Below are positions 56,084 through 64,000 of a stretch of 64,000 nt of DNA, piece after piece. Below the pieces are notes generated by a model. That model was not told the origin of the DNA. It searched no databases and saw only the letters and a list, made by a program, of their open reading frames with translations. This stretch comes from an uncultured Verrucomicrobiae bacterium (GTDB taxonomy: Bacteria > Verrucomicrobiota > Verrucomicrobiia > Limisphaerales > Palsa-1400). The position numbers and the translations under genes were made by a program. Position 1 is the stretch's first letter. Each line of letters begins with the position of its first letter. The stretch covers positions 80,690-144,689 of the forward strand of contig CAVPOM010000013.1 in the NCBI GenBank assembly GCA_963707025.1, in the 5' to 3' direction.

Positions 56084-57019
56084 ATGCCAATTATGAAAAT
56101 CAACCGTATAAAACTAGGGCTTGCCGCCGCCTGCGCGGCCTGGCCGTTGCTGGCAGGCACAACCGCCCCCGCCAATCCGCCGCAGGATTTTCCGCGCGCG
56201 GTGCCATACGAACTGGGCGACAGCGAGTTTGCGCCCGGCGACAGCATCACCATCCAGGAATTGCGCGGGACCAGCGAGGACATCCGGCCCGGCGGGACCT
56301 ATTGCGTGACCGGCACCTACACCTTGACTTCGCAGGATGAGGCGGATTTGTCCTTCTTCGCCACGACCACGAACAAGACTCCGGGCCCCATTGACGCGCG
56401 ACAGACGGTGCATGTCATGAAAGGCACCGGTTCGTTTCGCTTGATCAAGCAGGTGACAGACGAAGGCTATTTGCATTTGACGTTTTATACCCGCGCCACG
56501 GGGCAAGGGTTCGGCGGAGTTTATTTCGGCCAGGGCCGCTGGGTGCTTCGCCACAAGGAATGGAGTTACAGCGACTCCGCGTCGCGGCCGGAAAAGCCGG
56601 AAGTCCGGGAACCGGTCTCCGCCACGGGGAATAACAAGGTGTTGTTTGAATACCTTGGCAACCCGGTGGCGCCGCCCGCCAACCTGGACGCCGCCTATAC
56701 CAAGGAGGGATTGACCCACGCCATGCAGGCCGCGGCCCAAAACGCCGGCATCTCGCTGGTGAAACTTGAAATTGACGATTCGGAATTCCCCTTCCTGGTC
56801 TGGGTGGTTTGCGCCAACCGGGGCGACATGGAAAAATTAAAGGATCAGATTCGCACGATGACGGCTTACAATTATACCGGCGGTGTGGGTGGCAACGACA
56901 GCTACGCCATGAACCTGGTTCCGTCCAGCGCCTTTCCGGCGGAAGCCCGCCAGCGGATCTATCACCGCATGATGTTGCGCGAGGAGATATTCTACAACCG
57001 AATCAACGGGATAAAATAA
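56084..57019 (+). CDS. Secreted hypothetical protein
   Basis: Signal peptide, long ORF, in an operon with the ECF/anti-sigma pair. Confidence 0.75.
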   Translation: MPIMKINRIKLGLAAACAAWPLLAGTTAPANPPQDFPRAVPYELGDSEFAPGDSITIQELRGTSEDIRPGGTYCVTGTYTLTSQDEADLSFFATTTNKTPGPIDARQTVHVMKGTGSFRLIKQVTDEGYLHLTFYTRATGQGFGGVYFGQGRWVLRHKEWSYSDSASRPEKPEVREPVSATGNNKVLFEYLGNPVAPPANLDAAYTKEGLTHAMQAAAQNAGISLVKLEIDDSEFPFLVWVVCANRGDMEKLKDQIRTMTAYNYTGGVGGNDSYAMNLVPSSAFPAEARQRIYHRMMLREEIFYNRINGIK

Positions 57020-57306
57020 TGGCCGGCGCGCGACCATGAAGTCCGTCCGGCCCAGTCCGTTCCTCGTCGGCCTGCTCCAAATGCCGTTTGATGGCGGGTG
57101 AATAATGTCGGGGTCTGGACATGGATTTTCCGGGTTGGGGTGATCGTATGGAACGGCGCGTCCTTGGAAGGCGCCGGGAGTGAACAGGAAACAGTATCCT
57201 GTTCATGTTTATATAACACGGAATGGGGGCTTATTGCAGGCGACAGCCGCAATCGGACGTGGCGGCCATTACCTGCAACGCAGATGTAAATCCTTGGGAG
57301 ACCAAA

Positions 57307-57332
57307 TGGAGCGGGTGAAGGGAATCGAATCC
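57307..57332 (-). repeat. att-like copy of a tRNA-Gly 3' end
   Basis: Minus strand reads GGATTCGATTCCCTTCACCCGCTCCA (T-loop, acceptor, CCA) with no upstream tRNA body. Confidence 0.85.
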
Positions 57333-58246
57333 TGTCTGAAAATATTCATAATTCGTTAAATTGCCCAATCATAGTGCATTGCAAACGGCATATCTTCCAC
57401 CATTTCCGCATCAAAAGGCACGGTGATGACCAAACGCTGATGCAAATTGATGCAAGTGCCAACGTCATTTCCCGACCTTGCGCGTTGATGCGAAGCTATC
57501 ATAATCCGGCAAATTTGCGAGTTAAAACTGAAATCCTTTCCGCCCGCCGGAAAGGGCGCGGAGCGTCAAGGCCAGCGCGAGCGGAAATGGAGTCCATGAG
57601 GTCTTGACCTCTGGCGCGGGCCTGGGCTGGCGTGAAGCCCAGCGCCGGGGTTTGGGGACGGCACAAGTCCCAACGACAGAAAAACGGCTGAACCGCTGCC
57701 AGTCCAGCCGCGTGAATTTCTCCGGGCGGTCAATCCTCCCCCGGCATAAGGATGGTGATGGCGGGTTGCGGGTCGTCAATACCGGCGATTCAAGCTGCGA
57801 CCACTGGACTTGAATTGCTGTTCGGAGTGCAAGAAACGTGTCGGAAAATTCCAAGATAACCCTTTCCTTTCTTGGGCATTCCATTCAAAATACAGACAGT
57901 TCTTTTACAATTTTGAATTTGCGCAGCGTTGGCCGCTACACAAAGCCGTAAGAAAAAACCGACCAATTTTTTTCAGTGCATAGCAAGAGACGAGGCCAAG
58001 GCGACGCCCAAATGGGCGCCACCTTGTGCTTTCTCTTGCGGGCGCCTTGGTCGGTTGCCTCCTGACGGGAGCATGGGTGTGCGCCTTTCAGGTTTTTGCG
58101 GGAAAAGCAGCCGGCCAAAATAAGGAGTTCCCCAAACGAGCAAATATAAATGTTCCGTCCAAAGTTTCTTGCAAGGCGTTGGTGCTCCGTTTCATGCGGT
58201 CGCCGCATCCCCTCGCAAATCCGCAGTTTTTGAACTGAGCCATTCA

Positions 58247-60031
58247 ATGAAAAAGACGGTTGCAGCTTTTCTATTAGTGGCTGCGAGCATTTGGAATGCT
58301 CAAGCGCAGTCGCAGCCGGCGATCACCATCAGTAATGCCGCGCCCGGCGCTATCGAAATCGATTGGTTAAGCTCTCCGGGGTCGGCGTATCGGTTGGTGG
58401 GTGCCACCGATTTAGCTTCTTCCAATGCGTGGGCCCCGATTGAGGACGTTTATCCCATCGACACAAATGGCTCAATAGTCTTGAGTACGGCTGGCAATGT
58501 GTGCCAGTTTTTCGTGTTGACAAATCTGACTACCGGAAGCGGCAGCGGACAAATTTTTTCGCCCACAAACGGCCAGACGCTAACCGGAGTGGCGGCGGTT
58601 CAGATAGGAGCGGATCTTGGTGGTTCATTCTGTTCGGCTCAAATTTACCTCGATAATGTCCTGATTGGCTCGATCATGGGCGGGCAGCTTGAGTTCGACC
58701 TGGACACGGCGCAGTTTCCAAATGGCAGCCACACGATCGGCCTCTCCGTCGTGACTAGCCAAAACACAGTCTCGGCGACGGCCTCACTTTCTGTGACATT
58801 CCAAAACTCGATTCATTGGTTGGATGCCGACAGCCTTTTTCAAAGTTTCGTTCCTATCAACGTTACTTCGGATATTTACCCGACGAATTGGACGATCACG
58901 GTTGTCGATACCAATAATACCACAGTACGGACGATTACCGGCTTGACATCGGATGGGACGATCTCCACGAATTGGGATGGATCAGACGATAACGGGGTTC
59001 AAGTTCCCACCTTGGCCTTGTACCAAATTTCAGTGATGCTCGGCACAAATAATCCAGGGCAGCAAGGTCAGGGAGGTTCTGGTGGTCCCCCGCCGCTTAT
59101 GATGAGTGAGGGGACAACCTCTATCGAACCGCCGGTGCTTCCGCCTTTGCCTCCAGGCATGGTTATTCCTGGAATGGACCCTGCCGCCGTGGCGCGAACC
59201 ACAGCCTGGTTGACAACGATGATGGCCGCGCGAAGTGGAGTGACTGCGAACGGGGCCAAGCCCGACGACGGGTTACCCGGCGGCGCGGGCTCTGGGCAGC
59301 GTGTCGGAAACATCGTCTGGCGGGAAACCAGTTGGGGCAGCGGCCAAATCGTCTTGGCGCGCCAGAACATCCCAGGCACGGGTGGCTTGCTTTTTAATGG
59401 GGTTATTGCAAACACAATGGCTAATATCCGCAATCTTGTGGCGGTGCTGGGATTGGCCAATTCCAGGGGCGTGTACCAAGACAATCTCTTTGTCGTTCAG
59501 AATAACGCTGGATTTGCGCCCGTCTTCAACGCATTGATTGATCCGACTGTCACCGCGTTTTACTGGTGGGGTCATGGCAGCCCAGATGGTAACACGTTAG
59601 GGCCTGGTATTTCCGCCACGACACTGTTTGCCGCATTAGGCAACTATTACACGCCGCTGATAGTGCCTCGTTGGAGACCTATTGTTCCAGCGATTGTGAC
59701 AACAAGACTTCCATTTAGCTTTGTCTTCCTCGACGGCTGTCGGACTGCCTTGGGAAACTTGCCGGAAGCGTTCGGGATACCGAAAGCAGTTTCCGCCGCA
59801 CAATATGCAAAAGCCAACAAGCAGAAGCGTTGCTTCATGGGCTGGAATGGCGTTGTTTCGATGTCGCTGCTGGACACGGGAACCCTAAATTGGTCTCAGG
59901 CGTTCTGGAGCGCCTGGTTGGCAAGTTCAGATGTCTTGATCCGAGACGCGATTGCCAATGCCAACGGTCATTGGCAACCATCGGGCACCATTCTGACCTA
60001 TGGCGATCCGTCTCTTACCTACGGCCAATGA
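58247..60031 (+). CDS. Secreted multidomain protein: Ig-like domains, Pro-rich linker, C-terminal GHG...LDGC domain
   Basis: Signal MKKTVAAFLLVAASIWNAQA; SPTNGQTLTG...DT..FPNG.H Ig domain; FYWWGHG and FVFLDGC. Confidence 0.75.
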   Translation: MKKTVAAFLLVAASIWNAQAQSQPAITISNAAPGAIEIDWLSSPGSAYRLVGATDLASSNAWAPIEDVYPIDTNGSIVLSTAGNVCQFFVLTNLTTGSGSGQIFSPTNGQTLTGVAAVQIGADLGGSFCSAQIYLDNVLIGSIMGGQLEFDLDTAQFPNGSHTIGLSVVTSQNTVSATASLSVTFQNSIHWLDADSLFQSFVPINVTSDIYPTNWTITVVDTNNTTVRTITGLTSDGTISTNWDGSDDNGVQVPTLALYQISVMLGTNNPGQQGQGGSGGPPPLMMSEGTTSIEPPVLPPLPPGMVIPGMDPAAVARTTAWLTTMMAARSGVTANGAKPDDGLPGGAGSGQRVGNIVWRETSWGSGQIVLARQNIPGTGGLLFNGVIANTMANIRNLVAVLGLANSRGVYQDNLFVVQNNAGFAPVFNALIDPTVTAFYWWGHGSPDGNTLGPGISATTLFAALGNYYTPLIVPRWRPIVPAIVTTRLPFSFVFLDGCRTALGNLPEAFGIPKAVSAAQYAKANKQKRCFMGWNGVVSMSLLDTGTLNWSQAFWSAWLASSDVLIRDAIANANGHWQPSGTILTYGDPSLTYGQ

Positions 60032-60693
60032 AGGTTCTCTTTGCCATTTTGGGAATCGTTTGCGCCTGTCATGCTCAGGCGCAAACGACGAAAGAGCAAG
60101 AGTACCTCGCGGACACGATGATTCCGCTTGCTCGAGAGTTTTTTGCCCGCAACGCATTACCTTTTGACCGAAATATGGGGTCGAATTCCATAAGACAATG
60201 GAATATAGACTTCTGGACTAACAAGGCCGGGAGTGGCGGCTTCCTAAAGCTCACAAATGGCTGGTTCTTCTACTACCTATCCGACGGAACAAATACTGAG
60301 ATTATAGATTTTCATACCGACACGAAGACAGACTATCACAATCCTGCGGCAATGCCAAAGGGCGAGCTTGAGGCTGTCAAAGCCCTGAACCTTCGCAACA
60401 AGCTAACTAAAGAAAAGGCGCTGGAAATTGCCAAGTGGCATTTCAGAGTGATGGGCCATAATGAGAAGGACTTCCATCCGCCGGAGTTTTTTCAGCTAGG
60501 AGGCGAACCGAGCATGCCAGACTACTTCCCAGTCCCGTATTACAAGGCAATTTGGTACCGGAAGGATGTCAACATCCAAGCAGATAGCGCGGCCGGAAAG
60601 TTGATTCCGCAAGTTGATATTACGGTTTCAGGCGTCACAACGAACATAATCGAGTACGGCAAGGCGTTCATGCCCGCGGGGCACGATTTTTGA
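60028..60693 (+). CDS. Secreted partner protein, paralog 1
   Basis: ATGA overlap with the upstream gene; signal peptide; C-terminal half closely similar to paralog 2. Confidence 0.8.
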   Translation: MKVLFAILGIVCACHAQAQTTKEQEYLADTMIPLAREFFARNALPFDRNMGSNSIRQWNIDFWTNKAGSGGFLKLTNGWFFYYLSDGTNTEIIDFHTDTKTDYHNPAAMPKGELEAVKALNLRNKLTKEKALEIAKWHFRVMGHNEKDFHPPEFFQLGGEPSMPDYFPVPYYKAIWYRKDVNIQADSAAGKLIPQVDITVSGVTTNIIEYGKAFMPAGHDF

Positions 60694-60709
60694 AATTTAG
60701 CGCTTTGAC

Positions 60710-60923
60710 AGCACCCGCGTTGATTCATATGCTGGGATGGTTCCGTTTCGATGTCGCTGCTGAATACCGACAAGCTGAACTGGAGCGAGGATTTTTGGAG
60801 CACAAAGCTGCAGAATTCGGACACCTACGTGCTCCTAAAATTACTCACGCCAAAAGAGCAGGTCATCAGCCCTCGGAGACTATGATTAACGTATGGAGAC
60901 ACAACTTTAACCTACGGCAATGA
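60710..60923 (+). pseudogene. Degenerate copy of the 3' tip of the 58247 gene
   Basis: Shares GTTTCGATGTCGCTGCTG and ...ACCTACGG(C)CAATGA with 59825-60031. Confidence 0.7.
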
Positions 60924-61648
60924 AACTCCTGGTCAGTGTCACGGCGGTCGTGTGCGCCTGCGTGATGCAGGCGCAGACGAACCGCTTCGTCTTCGTCGTC
61001 ACCCGCCCCGCTCCCGGAAACTTGGGAATCCAAAAGAGCCTTCCGACTGCGACGGAGCAACAACATCTTTGGGTTACGGTCGCTCCGCTAGTTCGAGACT
61101 TTATTGCTCGAAACAGGTTAGATTTTAATACAAATTTCGGCGCGGAAGCGATTAAGCGATGTAAAGTTGACTATGGAACGCTTCCGGGTTATCAGGCGAC
61201 GCTGTTCTTGACAAATGGGTGGACATTCATGCTGGGTGCGCTCGGAACGAACGCGGAAATATACGCTTTTAATACGCCAACCAGAACAACGTATTACCCT
61301 GGCACATTGACTGGCGGGGAGCTTGAAGCCGTCAAGGCCCTCAACCTTCGCAACAAGTTAACGAAAAAGAAGGCGCTGGAAATTGCCAAATGGCATTTCA
61401 AGGCGATGGGACTTAAGGAGAAAGACTTCCATCCGCCGGAATTCTGGCAGGTGGGAGGCGATCCGGGAGTGTCGGACTACTTCCCGGTGCCGTTTTACGA
61501 GGCAACTTGGTATCGGAAGGACGTCAATGTCGAAGCTGATAGCGCGACGGGGAAGCTGATGCCACAAATTCACATTACTGTCTCTGGCGTAACGACGAAT
61601 ATTATCGGCTACAGCAAGGCCTACATGCCCGTGGGGCACGATTATTGA
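60920..61648 (+). CDS. Secreted partner protein, paralog 2
   Basis: GELEAVKALNLRNKLTK.KALEIAKWHF...DFHPPEF...ITVSGVTTNII shared with paralog 1. Confidence 0.8.
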   Translation: MKLLVSVTAVVCACVMQAQTNRFVFVVTRPAPGNLGIQKSLPTATEQQHLWVTVAPLVRDFIARNRLDFNTNFGAEAIKRCKVDYGTLPGYQATLFLTNGWTFMLGALGTNAEIYAFNTPTRTTYYPGTLTGGELEAVKALNLRNKLTKKKALEIAKWHFKAMGLKEKDFHPPEFWQVGGDPGVSDYFPVPFYEATWYRKDVNVEADSATGKLMPQIHITVSGVTTNIIGYSKAYMPVGHDY

Positions 61649-61667
61649 GGTTTTGCGCTTTTTGACG

Positions 61668-61878
61668 CACCCGCGTTGCTTAATGGGCTGGAGGCGTCGT
61701 TTCGATGTCGCTGCTGGACACCGGCACGTTGGATTGGTCTCAGGATTTTTGGAGTACATGGCTGAATGATTCGACCACGCCGGTCCAAAATGGAATTGAC
61801 CATGCCAACGCAAGAGGTCATCATTTTTCGGGAAATATGGTCACATATGAAGACACAAGTTTAACCTGCGGCCAATGA
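61668..61878 (+). pseudogene. Variant copy of the 3' tip of the 58247 gene
   Basis: Reads RCLMGW, then after a frameshift GVVSMSLLDTGTLDWSQDFWSTWL...TYEDTSLTCGQ. Confidence 0.8.
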
Positions 61879-62294
61879 AGGTTCTCTTTGCCATTTTGGG
61901 AATCGCTTGCGCCTGTCATGCCCAGGCGCAAACGACGAAAGAGCAAGAGTACCTCGCGGACACGATGATTCCGCTTGCTCGAGAGTTTTTTGCCCGCAAC
62001 GCATTGCCCAAGAACTCCGGGGAGCACCTTTTTGAGGTGATCATGCGTCGGTATGAAAACCGGTCCACCATCATGACCAGCAACCGGCCACTGGAGGAAT
62101 GGGGCAAACTTTTGGGAGACGTGCCCACGGCCGGCGCGATCTTGGACCGTTTCCTCCACCATTCCCAAACCATCGCCATTACCGGCAGAAGCTATCGGCT
62201 CAAAGACCACGCCGCCGCTGCTGGGAAGGAGGAAAAAAACAAGAAGACAAAATCCAAGTCCAACGAAAATTCGACCGCAGAACCGGCGAGCTAA
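61875..62294 (+). pseudogene. Chimera: 5' end of partner paralog 3 fused to an IS21 IstB C-terminal fragment
   Basis: First ~133 nt nearly identical to 60028 onward, then LFEVIMRRYE..STIMTSNRP..EWG...AILDRFLHH...GRSYRLK. Confidence 0.85.
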
Positions 62295-62394
62295 ATGGCT
62301 CGCTACCGGTTCTGCTCGTTTTATTTCGCTCCTGACGTTTTCTGGAAATTGCTCGATTTCAGCTATGAATCGGCCATATTCAACTTAAGATGTT

Positions 62395-62667
62395 ATGAAA
62401 CCATCGCTCGAAAAAGCTGGTCTCAGTCTCCGCGCCAAACGTGTGATGTGGTGGCTGGGTATCTGCATACCCCTCTACGTCCTCAGCACTGGTCCGGTCG
62501 CCTGGGCAACCAACGACGGGCTTCATCCGGCATACCTGCCTGAATGGGTGACTTGGATTGACCTCCCGCTTTTCCCGTTGCTGAAAGTGGGATGGATCGG
62601 CCAAGTCTTTTACTTCTACACGGCCGTTATCTGGGGCGGTTTCCCTGCTGGCTACACGACCCTTTAG
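62395..62667 (+). CDS. Small membrane protein
   Basis: Hydrophobic 90-aa ORF with an LYVLSTGP motif. Confidence 0.6.
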   Translation: MKPSLEKAGLSLRAKRVMWWLGICIPLYVLSTGPVAWATNDGLHPAYLPEWVTWIDLPLFPLLKVGWIGQVFYFYTAVIWGGFPAGYTTL

Positions 62668-63784
62668 ATCGCCAGCCGGTGCGTCGAGGGGACGTGCAGC
62701 GCGGCGGCGCAGCGGCGGCATAAGCCGCCAGGCGCGCTTGCAGGTTGGGCAACAGCGGCACACGGCGGGCGCAAATTTTTCCAACGGCGTCAGGAACTTT
62801 CAGGCAGCCTTCCGGTTCGGCCACCATGACCCACCAAAGGCGGACAATTTCCTCGGTGCGGACGCCGGAGAAGGCTTTGATTTCCAGCGTCGGGCGGAGG
62901 AGCGGCTCGTCCTCCGCTGCCAGAATCTTGCGCATTTCCCCCGGTGAATAAATGTCGTAGGGCTGGAGCAAAGCAATGGCTTCCTGCTCGGAATTGATCT
63001 GGCTGCGGGGATCGCGAAAGTCCGTCGTGGTAGTGGCGGCGTGGAGAATGCCATGCGGCAAAAATCCTTTTTCCCGCGCAAAATTGTAAAACGCAATGAG
63101 GCCCTTGCGGTGGTTGTTTTTGTTGCGGGTGCTGCCGCCGAGACCGGCCAAGTACGCGTCCATCTGCGGCGTTTGAATGGCGCTGATCAAGCCGGGAAAA
63201 GCTGTGACGAAATTGCCCACATAGCGTTTGACGTCGCGCAAGTGGTAATGCCCCACCCCGCGTTTGGTGAGGTGTTCCAAGTATTCCACATAGACACTTT
63301 CAATGGCCGCGCCGTGGCGCATACGCTGCCCATGCGCGAGATAAAAACTAACCGCCTCATCCAACGTGCCGGTTTTCAACCGCTGCTGAAGCTCGGCGTA
63401 TTTCCGGCAAACCTCGTCCACTTCCAAGCCGAGCGACTGGCTTTTCCCCTGGGCCAGGGTGTAAATGCGACGGTCTTTTTCGGTGAAGTACTGGGCGCGG
63501 GAGCCGTCGCGATGCAAACGCCCGGCAATTTCTCTGGCTAAAGCCTTCGCCTTTTCCGGCGTATTACGGCGCTGCAAAATGCGCCGCTTGCCTTCGTAGT
63601 GGGCAACCTGAAAAGACTGGTAGGTTTTGAATTCCGGGACGCTGGCCGCGCTGTTTGAATCGGCTGCTGCTGGATTTGATCCTGTCCTGAGGGTGACAGG
63701 CGCGGCGATAATGGAAATCGTCACCGAGCCGACTGTGACGGTCGCAAACGGTTTCTTCTCGCTGGATGGAACACCAATCTCCAT
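62627..63784 (-). pseudogene. Tyrosine recombinase/integrase, C-terminally truncated
   Basis: Core-binding region, AFSGVRTEEIVRL (catalytic Arg), K...RRVPL; no HxxR, H/W or Tyr motifs before the stop. Confidence 0.8.
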
Positions 63785-63986
63785 AAGTAGTTTTACAGCG
63801 ATGTGGTGTCGTTGCAACCAACACAGGCGATTTTTCCCTGGAAAAATTGTCCAAGTCCGCGTGTGCGGGAAAGAAAAGGTAGGGCTGGGAAAAGCCAACC
63901 GGCCTGGAGCATTTCAGGCGGTGGAAAGCAGGCTGATGCAAAACTGATGCAAAAACCGGCGAAAGTGAGAAAACCCCTGTAAACAT

Positions 63987-64000
63987 TGGAGCGGGTGAAG
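63987..64000 (-). tRNA. 3' end of probable tRNA-Gly, running off the window edge
   Basis: Minus strand reads CTTCACCCGCTCCA. Only 14 nt are visible, so intactness cannot be confirmed. Confidence 0.6.

Larger units (their letters stand above)
57307..64000. mobile_element. Integrated island at tRNA-Gly, degenerate
   Basis: Direct repeat TGGAGCGGGTGAAG at 57307 and 63987; adjacent tyrosine integrase; lower-GC cargo. Confidence 0.85.

Noticed and set aside
57003..57122. MSRPRHYSPAI start resembling a small mobile-element protein
   Set aside because: The similarity is too short and from memory only.
57307..57332. Complete tRNA gene
   Set aside because: Only the T-loop and acceptor 3' strand are present, so it is interpreted as an att repeat.
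59825..61878. Possible DGR template/variable repeat pair
   Set aside because: Differences are not adenine-specific and include indels, and no reverse transcriptase is present in the window.

Overview
A GC-rich bacterial window, most likely from Verrucomicrobiota. This is inferred from the ECF-STK sigma/kinase pairs, the prepilin-type proteins and the C-terminal domain on secreted proteins. Housekeeping genes (uvrA, SMUG1-type glycosylase, hpnA, alr, sppA, rnhB, yraN, ybbA/tesA) are interleaved with much accessory DNA: three toxin-antitoxin pairs, a BspA LRR surface protein, two glycoside hydrolases, tandem Ser/Thr kinase-WD40 sensors, an IS630 splitting a cohesin-domain gene, several MITE/REP elements, an Ntox46-like toxin, an RHS toxin locus and a ~6.7 kb island at a tRNA-Gly 3' end with a truncated tyrosine integrase. 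Four observations stand out. (1) The island carries a secreted protein with a His-Gly/Cys (clan CD-like) C-terminal domain followed by a tandem array of [variant C-terminal tip + paralogous secreted partner] cassettes. (2) The RHS locus looks circularly permuted and is bounded by an 8-bp direct repeat. (3) An excisionase-type HTH is fused to an adenylation domain that has lost its catalytic motifs. (4) yraN is duplicated att-style with an alternative N-terminus. Several single-base frameshifts fall in short homopolymers and may be sequencing errors. All family assignments come from motif recognition by eye; no searches were run.
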